A DNA stretch of 64,000 nucleotides from Patescibacteria group bacterium (GTDB lineage: Bacteria > Patescibacteriota > Patescibacteriia > JACRDY01): assembly GCA_041653535.1 (NCBI GenBank), contig JBAZFH010000005.1, positions 12,012-76,011 on the forward strand, in the 5' to 3' direction. The translations under genes were made by a program, and so were the position numbers. Of the stretch, positions 20,036 to 30,539 are shown piece after piece (the first letter of the stretch is position 1; each line of letters starts with the position of its first letter). A model generated the notes under the pieces. The model was not told the DNA's origin. It was given only the letters and a program-made list of their open reading frames with translations, and did no database searches.

Positions 20036-21244
20036 ATGAACAAACCAGAACTACTCGCCCCAGCCGGCAGTTATGAAAAACTAAAAACCGCTCTCGCTTT
20101 TGGCGCTGATGCGGTATATTGCGGTCTACCTGATTTTTCACTACGCGTCAGGATCAACTCTTTTAATCTCAAAGACTTGGCCGAGGCAATCAAATACTGC
20201 CATGACCATAAAAAGAAAATATACCTGACTCTTAACATATATGCTCATAACCAGCATCTAAAAAAATTACCGGCGTATATCAAATTTCTCAAAGCTAACA
20301 AACCCGACGGCATTATCGTTTCCGATCCGGGAATAATCAAGATACTCAAAAAAGAATTGCCAAAGATTCCTTTGCATCTCTCTACCCAAGCTAACTGCAC
20401 CAACTGGCAAGCCGCCAAATTTTGGTACGAGCAAGGGATAAAAAGAATTATCCTGGCGCGCGAAGTGACTATTGCCGAGATCAAAGAGATTAGGAAAAAT
20501 GTGCCAAAACTCGAACTAGAATATTTTGTCCACGGCGCCATGTGTATGTCCTACTCTGGACGCTGCATCCTCAGTAAGTGGCTAACTGGTCGTAGCGCCA
20601 ATCTTGGCGACTGCGTGCAACCTTGCCGCTGGGGTTATCGCGTCAGTACCGATGACGAACGTGGCCAAGTCATGGAAGTCGAAGAAGATAAACATGGCAC
20701 TTATTTATTTAACTCCAAAGACCTTTGTCTGATCGGGCATTTGGCTGAACTAAAAAAAGCCGGCGTCACTAGTTTTAAAATCGAAGGCCGGGCTAAAAGC
20801 GCCTACTATGTTGCAGTGGTCGTCAAAGCCTATCGCCAGGCGATTGATAAAAAACAACCAATCAAAAACCTAGTCAAAGAACTAGGCACCCTGGCCAATC
20901 GTGGCTACACCACCGGCTTTGCTTTTGGAGCCGAAAAATGGGATAACAACTTCCAGATTTCTCATCAAAAATCGTCTTACCAATTTGTGGGTGAAGTGGT
21001 AAAATACAGTAAAGAAAAAGGCGCGACACTAATAGCTGTTCATAATGCCATTTACCGCGGAGAAACGGTAGAATTTATCACTCCTACTGGTAAAAACTTT
21101 AGGCAAAAGCTAACCAAAATCATTGATACCAAAAACGATAAGGAAGTCGCTTCTGCCCATGGTGGCCATGATCAAATTATCTCTATCAAAACAACCGAGC
21201 CTATTCCCGCTTTTTCAGTCCTCCGCAAAAAACTCAAATCCTAA
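20036..21244 (+). CDS. Peptidase U32 family protein (TrhP/YegQ-like tRNA hydroxylation protein)
   Basis: KPELLAPAG, HLSTQAN, HGAMCMSYSGRC, CVQPCR, SKDLC, KIEGR. Confidence 0.92.
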   Translation: MNKPELLAPAGSYEKLKTALAFGADAVYCGLPDFSLRVRINSFNLKDLAEAIKYCHDHKKKIYLTLNIYAHNQHLKKLPAYIKFLKANKPDGIIVSDPGIIKILKKELPKIPLHLSTQANCTNWQAAKFWYEQGIKRIILAREVTIAEIKEIRKNVPKLELEYFVHGAMCMSYSGRCILSKWLTGRSANLGDCVQPCRWGYRVSTDDERGQVMEVEEDKHGTYLFNSKDLCLIGHLAELKKAGVTSFKIEGRAKSAYYVAVVVKAYRQAIDKKQPIKNLVKELGTLANRGYTTGFAFGAEKWDNNFQISHQKSSYQFVGEVVKYSKEKGATLIAVHNAIYRGETVEFITPTGKNFRQKLTKIIDTKNDKEVASAHGGHDQIISIKTTEPIPAFSVLRKKLKS

Positions 21245-21280
21245 CCTCCTGCCCTCTTATCCTCCTAATCTCTTACTAAT

Positions 21281-21844
21281 ATGCTTGGTTATATCAAAGG
21301 CACAATCAAAGCCAAAACCGATAAGTCAGTTATCATAGAAAACAACGGCATCGGCTATCTGGTTCACACCACTCCGGTGAACGCCGAACAAAGTAAAACC
21401 GAAACGGTTGGTGAATTTTTTTTACATACTCACGTACGCGAAGATATTTTAGAACTATACGGATTACCGACTTTTGAAGAAATAGAATTCTTCAAAAAAT
21501 TGATCTCCATCTCTGGTGTCGGACCAAAAACCGCTCTCGGCGTTTTTGAGGTGGCAAAACTAGACGAGATAAAAAAAGCCGTTTCTCGTGGCGATGCCAC
21601 CCTGCTAACCAAAGTATCCGGTATTGGTAAAAAAACCGCTGAATTGATCGTGATAAAACTCAAAGACAAAAACCTTGATATTAATTTGGGAGACGTTGGT
21701 GGAATAGACGGTCAAGCAATCGACGCGCTGGTCAGTCTTGGCTACTCTGCCGCCGACGCCAGAATCGTCTTGTCGCAGCTTCCGCCGGAAACCCAATCAG
21801 TAGAAGACAAAATCAAATCCGCGCTAAAACTGCTTAACCGTTAA
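21281..21844 (+). CDS. ruvA: Holliday junction branch migration protein RuvA
   Basis: HVREDILELYG, ISGVGPKTA, VSGIGKKTAE, ALVSLGY. Confidence 0.96.
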   Translation: MLGYIKGTIKAKTDKSVIIENNGIGYLVHTTPVNAEQSKTETVGEFFLHTHVREDILELYGLPTFEEIEFFKKLISISGVGPKTALGVFEVAKLDEIKKAVSRGDATLLTKVSGIGKKTAELIVIKLKDKNLDINLGDVGGIDGQAIDALVSLGYSAADARIVLSQLPPETQSVEDKIKSALKLLNR

Positions 21845-21848
21845 TTTT

Positions 21849-22799
21849 ATGCAAACCAGCGATGTCGTGGAACAAAAGATATGGGACGACTTTGTCACTG
21901 CTAACGGCAGTGAATTTTTGCAATCCTGGGACTGGGGCGTGCTGCAAGAAAGCCTAGGACGAAAAATCTGGCGCCTGGCAGTCACTGACGAAAACCAAAT
22001 TAAAGCCGTTGCACTGATAGTTAAACACCAACTGCCTTTTAAACAAAATTACCTCTACTGCCCGCGCGGACCGCTTACCACCGAACCGAAATATTTTGAA
22101 TATCTGGTCGAAAGAATCAAGGAACTCGGCAAACACGAAAAATCCACCTTCTGCCGTATTGAACCAATTTCCCCAACTATCAACTATCATCTACCACCTA
22201 CCAAACCCGTCCAACCCAAAACCACGCTCGTTTTAGATCTAACCAAATCAGAAGACGACATACTTAACTCTTTTCACCAAAAAACCCGATACAATATTCG
22301 CCTAGCTGAAAAACACGGAGTAACGGTTCGCGATGGTAGTGGCGACCAAGATTTTGAGATTTTCTGGAATCTGTTAACCAAAACCTACACCAAACAAGAA
22401 ATCTCCACCCACCCAAAAGAATATTATAAAAAAATACTCACTACCCCATACTCACTACTTGCTACTAAGCTGTTCATCGCTGAAAGCAACGGTATTCCTG
22501 TTGCCGCCAATCTCTGCTATTTCTACGGAGATCGCGCTACTTACGCTCATGGCGGATCGGATTACCAGTACAGAAACCTCATGGCGCCACATTTACTGCA
22601 GTGGCATCAAATCAAATGCGCTAAAGATGCCGGTTACAAAGTTTATGACTTTTGGGGAATAGATGAAAAACGTTGGCCCGGAGTAACTAGGTTTAAACTC
22701 GGATTTAATGGAAAAAGCGTCGACTATCCAGGAACGTTCGACATACCAATATCCAAAATACTTTATCCCCTATATAAACTAGTGAAGAAAGTTAAATAG
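21849..22799 (+). CDS. FemABX/MurM family peptidoglycan bridge aminoacyltransferase
   Basis: FLQSWDWG, YCPRGP, KTRYNIRLAEKHGV, APHLLQW, YDFWG, GVTRFKLGF. Confidence 0.92.
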   Translation: MQTSDVVEQKIWDDFVTANGSEFLQSWDWGVLQESLGRKIWRLAVTDENQIKAVALIVKHQLPFKQNYLYCPRGPLTTEPKYFEYLVERIKELGKHEKSTFCRIEPISPTINYHLPPTKPVQPKTTLVLDLTKSEDDILNSFHQKTRYNIRLAEKHGVTVRDGSGDQDFEIFWNLLTKTYTKQEISTHPKEYYKKILTTPYSLLATKLFIAESNGIPVAANLCYFYGDRATYAHGGSDYQYRNLMAPHLLQWHQIKCAKDAGYKVYDFWGIDEKRWPGVTRFKLGFNGKSVDYPGTFDIPISKILYPLYKLVKKVK

Positions 22800-22840
22800 A
22801 AAAACCCCGTAATCCCTTACGAGGTTTTTTGCTTGATTGC

Positions 22841-23215
22841 TTAGCCTTCGTCGGCTATTGAGCGACCGACGGGAGTCAACGCCGACCTTCCTCTGGCCTG
22901 CTGCCAATGATAGCTATGACCGACTTTCAGATTGCCAATGCCGTAGTCACGCCAGGGGTCATTGCGTCGAAGCTTGAAATAAAACAGGTCGTTAATTTTC
23001 TTGCCTTCAGGTCCGCCGTCGCGCAGATTCTTCGGTCGAACAATGTATTCCTTAGGCCAAATCTCTTGAATAACCTCGAAGACGACGCCCGTAGGACCAA
23101 CAAAGGCAGCGATGTCATACAGACGACGATTGCCGCCCCACCATCTGCCGACCAAAAAACCAACGACTAAAGCAATGATAGCCACCGAAATAGCAAAAAA
23201 AACCTCATTCATCAC
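22841..23215 (-). CDS. Hypothetical membrane-anchored protein
   Basis: AAGGAG RBS, N-terminal TM, shared bidirectional terminator 22801-22830. Confidence 0.7.
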   Translation of the reverse strand: MMNEVFFAISVAIIALVVGFLVGRWWGGNRRLYDIAAFVGPTGVVFEVIQEIWPKEYIVRPKNLRDGGPEGKKINDLFYFKLRRNDPWRDYGIGNLKVGHSYHWQQARGRSALTPVGRSIADEG

Positions 23216-23346
23216 GCGTTGTCTCCTTTTTTGTTAAAAACCACTCTTATTAATTTAATTGATTTTCTATAATATCGCACTATTAATATCCCGTCAATAT
23301 TAATAAAAACCCCTGACTTCTGTCAGGGATTTTTGATTGCTTATTA

Positions 23347-23526
23347 TTAGCCATTGGGCATCGTCGTCTTTTTCAAAAACGCCGATGCTTTTTTTGCTTC
23401 CGCCTCCAGCTCGTCGAGCTTCTTTTTATCGCCTCGCATTCTTTCAAAAAACATTCCCGTAACAAATGCTGCTGTTATGCAAAAAAGTGCGAATATCACG
23501 ATAGTCACGATCCACCATACTAGCAT
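23347..23526 (-). CDS. Small membrane protein (59 aa, below the ORF-track cutoff)
   Basis: MLVWWIVTIVIFALFCITAAFVTGMFFERMRGDKKKLDELEAEAKK...; AAGGAGG RBS; terminator ~23305-23335. Confidence 0.7.
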   Translation of the reverse strand: MLVWWIVTIVIFALFCITAAFVTGMFFERMRGDKKKLDELEAEAKKASAFLKKTTMPNG

Positions 23527-23555
23527 GAAACGTCCCTCCTTTCTTTTGTAGATTT

Positions 23556-25496
23556 CTACTCTACTACCAACCCCTTGTCTTTTGCCAATGGGTCGCTGGT
23601 CAAATCCGTGGTAATAGCCCCTTGCGCCTGAGATATCTTGGATCCGGTTGTCTGATCAACGGCCGAGAGCTGATTGTCACCGGTTAATGCCAGAATTTTT
23701 TTTACGTCGGTATTTTCCGGAGCGATACTAACATCAAAAATTACTTTATATTTTAAATCCAGATTAACCGGCATACGATTTATTTTCCAGGTAACTTTTC
23801 TAGAAGAAGGATCGTAACTGATATCACCGGCGCTAATATCTTTTTTTCCGCCCCATTTCACCTTTTCCGGTAAAATAGTGCTGACTACCACATCGCGAAC
23901 CTCGTGGACAGAATTGTCCAACTGCCAAACAATCGCATAATAAGTAGTTTGACCTACTTTTGGCGGAATCGGACCGCTGCCGATCGATGACCCACTGACA
24001 TCGAAATATTGACCATATGCTACGAGCGCTAAATTGGAATTAATTTTAGTGGTAATGGCATTACTTCTATTTTCTATATTCATTTCCTCTTTGTTTACAT
24101 ACTGGGTTTTTATCGAAGCAACGGTACGCAGGGACAGATCGCCTGACAATTTTCCGGCGTTACTTGATATTTTAACTGAAAAATCTATCACTCCTTTGTC
24201 ACCCGGTCTTAACTCTTCCAGATTAGGGACTTCTTTCTCTGTCCAGGAAATACTCTTACCGGCTTCAAACTCGTCAAGTAGTCCATCATAACGATCAACT
24301 AAAGTAGTCCATTCGATAAACTCAGCCGACGGAGTAAAAAACACGGTAGCAGTAAGGTTTTTCAAAACATCTTTACCACTGTTTTCATAGGTCAAAGAAT
24401 AATTCAGGGTCTGACCAAAATCAATCATCCCGTCATCTTTTGATCCGTTTATTTTTAGTTCAGTCAGCAGATCCCCCGAAACAACAGCCACGCTGTAAAT
24501 ATTTTCAGCAATAGACAAATATTTGTCTTGATTTTTTATCGACGCCTTAATCGTAAAGTCTTGACCACCGGTAACATTAGCGGAAAATTTACCTTTGATT
24601 TTTAACTCGCCTTTATCACCTTTTTTAAAACTAACTATTTGCCACTGATTGTCGCTACCTTCCACGGTTTTCGGATCGGTTTCCTCCACCACGAATCCTT
24701 GAGGATAAATCACTTCTAACAAAACGTCCTTCAACTCTTCATCTTTTTCGCTTTTGTTTTCATACTTTATATTTAATTCAACAGGGTCGGTAGTAGCCAA
24801 CTGTTTAGTCCCCTCTACCACGATATCAAAAGGAGAAGACTCAATCGTGGTAGAAAAGCTGGCTTCGGTTTGAAACTGAGAAGCAAAATTTTCCGGCTCA
24901 TAATAAAGTACCGCCCAAATATTAGCATTGGTTCCTTGAGCGCCAATCAGCTTTCCTGTTATCTCCACTTCGCCGCTAGCACCGCGAGCCAGTGTTCCCA
25001 AACTCCAATTATCTTCCTTAACCAAACTTTCGCTGCCATCATCAGCTTTGTCAGCCTCAGGATTAGACGACTCGATTATCAATCCGCTGGGATAACGGAC
25101 GTTGAGGGATATTTTTTTTAAATCAACTTTTTTGTGATTTTTATATTTGATTAGATATTTTATTTGATCGCCAGCAGACATCTCTTTTTGCGCTTCAATA
25201 GTCAGCTCTACCTCCCCCCCCTCGCCAATCACTTTTTTCAGCTGATTAGGAGCATATTTATTGAAAACATAATATCCCGCCCAGGCAATACCTGCTAAAA
25301 TCAACAAAATGACCGCCAGTTTGGTTAAAAATTGCAAAACCCCTTTTTTCTTTCTCGGCTCCAGACGAGAAATATCCGGCAAATTACCATCATCATCTTC
25401 ATAAATATTTTCCAGGTCTTTCCTGATTTCACGACCAGGTATTTTGTAGTTGTTATGATTAGCGTTATGGTTTTTATTTTTATTATCTTGGTTCAT
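23556..25496 (-). CDS. Membrane-anchored protein with repeated Ig-like (DUF11-like) domains
   Basis: Single TM, repeats such as GDQIKYLIKYKN, GQTLNYSLTYEN, GPIPPKVGQTT..Y.I.W. Confidence 0.7.
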   Translation of the reverse strand: MNQDNKNKNHNANHNNYKIPGREIRKDLENIYEDDDGNLPDISRLEPRKKKGVLQFLTKLAVILLILAGIAWAGYYVFNKYAPNQLKKVIGEGGEVELTIEAQKEMSAGDQIKYLIKYKNHKKVDLKKISLNVRYPSGLIIESSNPEADKADDGSESLVKEDNWSLGTLARGASGEVEITGKLIGAQGTNANIWAVLYYEPENFASQFQTEASFSTTIESSPFDIVVEGTKQLATTDPVELNIKYENKSEKDEELKDVLLEVIYPQGFVVEETDPKTVEGSDNQWQIVSFKKGDKGELKIKGKFSANVTGGQDFTIKASIKNQDKYLSIAENIYSVAVVSGDLLTELKINGSKDDGMIDFGQTLNYSLTYENSGKDVLKNLTATVFFTPSAEFIEWTTLVDRYDGLLDEFEAGKSISWTEKEVPNLEELRPGDKGVIDFSVKISSNAGKLSGDLSLRTVASIKTQYVNKEEMNIENRSNAITTKINSNLALVAYGQYFDVSGSSIGSGPIPPKVGQTTYYAIVWQLDNSVHEVRDVVVSTILPEKVKWGGKKDISAGDISYDPSSRKVTWKINRMPVNLDLKYKVIFDVSIAPENTDVKKILALTGDNQLSAVDQTTGSKISQAQGAITTDLTSDPLAKDKGLVVE

Positions 25497-25519
25497 AAAT
25501 TTAAAATAAAAATTAAATA

Positions 25520-28180
25520 TTACTTTTGAAACATTACGCTATATGCCCGGTCTTTATCTAAAAAATTAGTATAATGCAGAATACTACCGGCAATATCTAT
25601 CTTTTCTTCGGGATAACGCCACACCTCTTTCCACGAATCGGGAAAATCTACTAAACTATAAAAATCGCTTTCTTGACCGGATTGTTTTTGCACCACCAAA
25701 CCATAAGAAGTGCTGACATCGGTAAAATTTAATTTATCTTCCAGTTTATTTAGCCAGTTAAAACCTGTTTCCATTTTGGCAAAAGATACTCTGAAAGGTA
25801 GCTCATATTCAATAATACTTACTTGCGTTTTACCGGGATAAACTTGCGTCCATCCACCAAAAACAGTTTTACCATATTCTTCATTTATTCTTATTCCAGT
25901 TTTTTCATCCGTTTTGGTCAAACCGGATATTTGTAATAAATCTTTGTCTTGCTTGTAATCACCGTCGTTTTTAAAAAGTTCCTCTGCCGGCTCCTGAAAA
26001 CCATCCGCGCTAATCAATTTACTTCCTTGCGGAACATATACTCGCACATAATTTACGTTTCGAACGCCATAAAAAGGCTCACCGGCAATCCCGTTATGAG
26101 CGCGAATAATGGTAACTTTATTACGCACAGTACCATCATCACCAATCGCCGCTTGATGCAAGATTGTCTGATTAATAACTTTATCAGTTTTTTGTCCGGC
26201 AATATTAGCGTTAACCACCATCAGATAATCACTGGCAGTTTCTTTTATTTTATTTTCCCAACCGAGCCCGGCGAGCTGACTTTCTGTTTCAGGATTAAAA
26301 AAATATAGCTGTAAATCCTTGGCATATAACGAATCGCTAAGTAGCGAAATAATTTTTATTAATTTATCTTTGTCCGCGGATAATATTTGACCCAATACTT
26401 GAGGCGCCATATCGGCAATAAACTCTTTAGGCTTATTTTTCTCCTTATCATAATCAACCTCTACCGCTGTTTGTACGGTACCAAAAAAATTATCAGCGGT
26501 AATCTGTTTACCGTTCACATTTACTGGACCAATTAAACCCAGCAATTGCTGCAATAAATCAGCATTTATAGCTACTATACCGTCTATTGTCGGACCACCG
26601 GCTTCATTATAAAACCAAGCTATTTTTTGCGCCGCCGTCGGCCAATCAGAGAACCAATTGCTATCCTGAAACTCCCAACGAGCGTTGATTAGCCGCAATG
26701 GCGCTGGAGCAGCCACGGCAGTAGTTAGCCCCGCGCGTAAATCATAGCTGCCACCGCCGGGTATCTCCATATTTTTTATTTCACCGTTAACCAAATCTAT
26801 TAAAGCAAAAGATCCGATGAATCCTCCTGTCGGTCTGATCTCGCTATTATTTTGAAATAAAACTAAATATCTTTTCAGCTCGTTTTTGCCAAGTATGTCT
26901 TCGGCAAACTTGGCAACGGAGATAAAACCATCAAAACTCTTGGCTATTGCCGGCATTTTTTGTTTTAGAGAAATAAATTTAACCTGATTTTCTTCAGGCA
27001 ATTGATTGATATCCACTCTTGCCAAAAGACTATCAATGCTATGAATGTCAGGAGCAACTAATTCTAGATTTTCCCGCAAAATAGTAATTTTTTGGACAAT
27101 GGTTTTATCACCAGACTCCAGCGCTGACAAACCATTAGTTAAATTTTGACCGACTAGAGCAAGTAATTTCCCCGTATCAAGTAAAGCGTTTGCTGTTTTC
27201 AAAGTATTATCGGTTTGCGGTATCAATTTAGCAATTGTTGTAACTATTTTATTAATTCCATCAAGTTCGTCTTTGGCTGAAGAAAATTTTTGATAAGCTG
27301 CGCTAAAATCGTTACTGGCAGCTGCCAAATCTTTTTCCCCTACTTCGCTGCTGGCAGAGAGCAGATCGTTGGCACCAGCGGAAGCAAAACTTAAAACACC
27401 TATTTGCTTACCTTTCAAGTTCTGATAGTAACTAGTAATACCCAAAGGCAAAACCAAAACTAAAGCCATAACCACAAAACCAACCAACGCTTTAGCCGGC
27501 AATGACAAAGGAATATTTCTTAAAGGTCGCACTAAACGGTCGCTCCCATAATCGAATAAAATAAAAATGCGCCTACCTATTCGCAATGGATTAAAGAGTC
27601 TTTTTTTTCTTTCAACAGGCAACACTGATGATGCCGCTGGTAGTTGCGGCAAAACAATATTTTGCGATTCAACTTCTTGCACCACTCTTTCAATTGACGG
27701 CATGTCCTCTATATCCTTGAAGATATCTTCCGGATCATTGGTATTATATAAAGTTTCGTCGACAATGACCGTTTCCGCCGGCTTATATTCGGCTATTTCT
27801 TGTCTTATTTTGTCTATTTTGTTTTGCTCTGTCGATGATATTGGCTCTAAATTTGGAGAAAAAAACGTTACCGATTCTTCCGCATTCTCTGATGACACTA
27901 CCCGAGAAAAATCCAGATCGTTATTTGTCGGCGCAGTAAAATAATTATCCGCCGACTCTTCCCAAAAAATCGGTTGTTCCTTTTGCTTAGGAGAAAGCTC
28001 GGACAGGTCAACAAGATGGGGAGAGATATAATGATTCAAATAATCACTTTTAACAACATTAATCCTGACTACCTTGGGAGTAATTTTTGAATTTGTTTTT
28101 TTTATTGAAGCATTTTTTCTTTTACCGACCGTTTTTCTACCCACTACATCTTCTTTTGCTTTTTTATTTTTTCGCAGCAT
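25520..28180 (-). CDS. DUF4012 domain-containing membrane protein
   Basis: YLVLFQNNSEIRPTGGFIGS, DSNWFSDWP, DYLMVVNANIAGQKTD, YVRVYVPQGS. Confidence 0.9.
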   Translation of the reverse strand: MLRKNKKAKEDVVGRKTVGKRKNASIKKTNSKITPKVVRINVVKSDYLNHYISPHLVDLSELSPKQKEQPIFWEESADNYFTAPTNNDLDFSRVVSSENAEESVTFFSPNLEPISSTEQNKIDKIRQEIAEYKPAETVIVDETLYNTNDPEDIFKDIEDMPSIERVVQEVESQNIVLPQLPAASSVLPVERKKRLFNPLRIGRRIFILFDYGSDRLVRPLRNIPLSLPAKALVGFVVMALVLVLPLGITSYYQNLKGKQIGVLSFASAGANDLLSASSEVGEKDLAAASNDFSAAYQKFSSAKDELDGINKIVTTIAKLIPQTDNTLKTANALLDTGKLLALVGQNLTNGLSALESGDKTIVQKITILRENLELVAPDIHSIDSLLARVDINQLPEENQVKFISLKQKMPAIAKSFDGFISVAKFAEDILGKNELKRYLVLFQNNSEIRPTGGFIGSFALIDLVNGEIKNMEIPGGGSYDLRAGLTTAVAAPAPLRLINARWEFQDSNWFSDWPTAAQKIAWFYNEAGGPTIDGIVAINADLLQQLLGLIGPVNVNGKQITADNFFGTVQTAVEVDYDKEKNKPKEFIADMAPQVLGQILSADKDKLIKIISLLSDSLYAKDLQLYFFNPETESQLAGLGWENKIKETASDYLMVVNANIAGQKTDKVINQTILHQAAIGDDGTVRNKVTIIRAHNGIAGEPFYGVRNVNYVRVYVPQGSKLISADGFQEPAEELFKNDGDYKQDKDLLQISGLTKTDEKTGIRINEEYGKTVFGGWTQVYPGKTQVSIIEYELPFRVSFAKMETGFNWLNKLEDKLNFTDVSTSYGLVVQKQSGQESDFYSLVDFPDSWKEVWRYPEEKIDIAGSILHYTNFLDKDRAYSVMFQK

Positions 28181-29309
28181 GATAGATATCTATATGTTTT
28201 TTAACCGTAGCATCCCAGTTATATTTTTTTATTTGTTCCAGTCCTAAATATCGTAACTTTTCTTGTTTGACGTTATCAGTTAAAACATTTTTAATTTTTT
28301 GTAAAATATCACTAACACTTTTCGGATTAAATTTTTCGTAAGCATCGCCGATCACTTCTCGCAAAGACGGGATGTCTGAAGCAACCACCGGCAATCCCCA
28401 ACTCATTGCCTCTAGCGGCGGCAATCCGAATCCTTCATACAAGGAAGGAAAAACATAAACCCGAGCTTGACGATATAAAACAGCTAAATCACTATCAGGA
28501 ATATAGCCTAAGAAAAGAACACTTTTTGTATTCAACTCTTGAACACCCTCTTCAAGACGCTGGTAAAAATAATCTTTTTTACCCACCAACACCAACTTAC
28601 CAGTCCAATTCTTTTCCGGCCTAGCAAAAGCTAATATTAATTTATCCAAATTTTTATGAGGATAAGCACTGCCAACATATAAAATAAAAGGGTCGGTTAT
28701 ATTATACCGTAAAAGAACATCGTTGTCATCTTTTTTCTCGATCATTTCTTTCTCCAGCTTGCTCACACCCTCATAGACAACTTCTATCTTATTTCTGTCG
28801 ACTAAAGGATAATATTTAAGAATTTCGGTTTTAGTAAAATCTGAAATAGTAATAATTTTTTTTGCCCGCCAAACAGCCGCCCAAACAATCAAACGGTAAC
28901 CAATATTTTTCAGCCAATATTTTATTGGTCCCAAAGTACTTGCCCGACGTGAAGGATATTGACGTAATAACAAATCGTGGATCGTAACAACGAACGGCGA
29001 AAAAAAATAAAACAACGGAACGTTAAAATGTGGAAAATGAACCAAGTCCGGTTTTTCTTTTTTTATAAGTCGCGGCAGGTAGATTTGCTCGGCAAGGGTA
29101 TACCAGCGCCATGGCGCTAAAACCTTGTGAAACCCGGGTTTTTCTGCAAAATCGTCCCAATTTTCACGCTGTAATAAAATTACATATTCGTTTTGCGAAT
29201 CTTGCCTGACCAAACCATCAATAATTTCTTTGATATAGCGACCGAGACCTTTTGAACCTCTCGGTCCATACATTCTAGCATCGATTAATATTTTCATAAC
29301 AATAGTCAC
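28164..29309 (-). CDS. Glycosyltransferase family 4
   Basis: [35 protein letters not shown]. Confidence 0.93.
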   Translation of the reverse strand: MTIVMKILIDARMYGPRGSKGLGRYIKEIIDGLVRQDSQNEYVILLQRENWDDFAEKPGFHKVLAPWRWYTLAEQIYLPRLIKKEKPDLVHFPHFNVPLFYFFSPFVVTIHDLLLRQYPSRRASTLGPIKYWLKNIGYRLIVWAAVWRAKKIITISDFTKTEILKYYPLVDRNKIEVVYEGVSKLEKEMIEKKDDNDVLLRYNITDPFILYVGSAYPHKNLDKLILAFARPEKNWTGKLVLVGKKDYFYQRLEEGVQELNTKSVLFLGYIPDSDLAVLYRQARVYVFPSLYEGFGLPPLEAMSWGLPVVASDIPSLREVIGDAYEKFNPKSVSDILQKIKNVLTDNVKQEKLRYLGLEQIKKYNWDATVKKHIDIYHAAKK

Positions 29310-30415
29310 TAACGGTTAGCGGTTAACAAAAAATTTAAAAAATCCTGAGCGGCGGCTGACCAGCTAAAACGCTTAATATTTTCAAAACCTCTGGCTGATA
29401 ACTTTTGTCTGGTTACCGAGTCCAGCGTACTGACAGACTTTATCGCTTCCACGATTTCATTTATATTATACGGATCGACTAACAACGCTGCGTCAGCGCA
29501 AACTTCACTGATTGACGAAGACAGACTGGCGATCACTGGACAACCGTGACTCATCGCTTCCAACGGCGGAAAACCAAATCCTTCGTAAAAAGACGGAAAG
29601 ACAAACATTGACGCCTGACGATACAGGTCAATTTTTTCTTTTTCACTGACATAGCCCAAAACCTTGATATTATTTTTAAAATTACTAACGGCAATCAATC
29701 TATCGGCTTCTCTGCTGAGCCAACCGCTACCACCGGCAATTACCAAATCCATGTTCAAACCTTGCTGTCTAGCTTTTTCATAAGCGATTAGCAGACCAGC
29801 TAAATTTTTACGCGGCTCTCTGGTACCCAAGGTTAAAATAAAATTTCCCTTATTTTCTAAAATTTTTTCGTCACTTCTTTTTACTCCGGAGTAAACCACG
29901 CCAATTTTACCAGGATTTATTTTATAAAAACTAATTAAATCTTTTTTGGTATTTTGTGAAACTACCACCAGTCTATCCATCGCGGTAAAAACCTTTTTGG
30001 GGTTAATCAACCGATAAGCCAGCCGCCATTTTGACTGAAAAAAATCCTGATATAAATCAAAAGTGATGTCATGCACTATGGAAATTTTTTTACAACGATC
30101 TGATAAAGAAAAATAACAAAGGTTGGGAACGACAAATGCGTCGCAACCGCCAATCATCAAATCAATCTTCGGCCAATGAAAAAATAAAAATAAAAAGTTA
30201 AGTAGTTTATTTGGTAAAGCAAAACCACAAAATTTAACATTGGGATAATCCCATTTAGGTAGCCGATTTTCGATACTATGAAAAGAATTATAAAAAAGTT
30301 TATACTGGTTTTGCGAATCAATACGAAACAACTCGTCAAGCAAATTAAAAAGGTGCAGCCCCACGCCGCTTAGCTCTTTGTCCATCAGAGGTCTAATATC
30401 TACGCCTATTATCAT
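29309..30415 (-). CDS. Glycosyltransferase family 4
   Basis: EPRKN, FPSFYEGFGFPPLEAM. Confidence 0.93.
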   Translation of the reverse strand: MIIGVDIRPLMDKELSGVGLHLFNLLDELFRIDSQNQYKLFYNSFHSIENRLPKWDYPNVKFCGFALPNKLLNFLFLFFHWPKIDLMIGGCDAFVVPNLCYFSLSDRCKKISIVHDITFDLYQDFFQSKWRLAYRLINPKKVFTAMDRLVVVSQNTKKDLISFYKINPGKIGVVYSGVKRSDEKILENKGNFILTLGTREPRKNLAGLLIAYEKARQQGLNMDLVIAGGSGWLSREADRLIAVSNFKNNIKVLGYVSEKEKIDLYRQASMFVFPSFYEGFGFPPLEAMSHGCPVIASLSSSISEVCADAALLVDPYNINEIVEAIKSVSTLDSVTRQKLSARGFENIKRFSWSAAAQDFLNFLLTANR

Positions 30416-30539
30416 AAGATAATTTTAGCGAAAATATGACTAAAAATCAATCTATTTTTTTACCAAAAAACCCCGTAAAAACAGGGCTTTTTATTAAAAA
30501 TTTGAAACGGAAAAGCTATTTATAAAAAAACTTTGTCTG

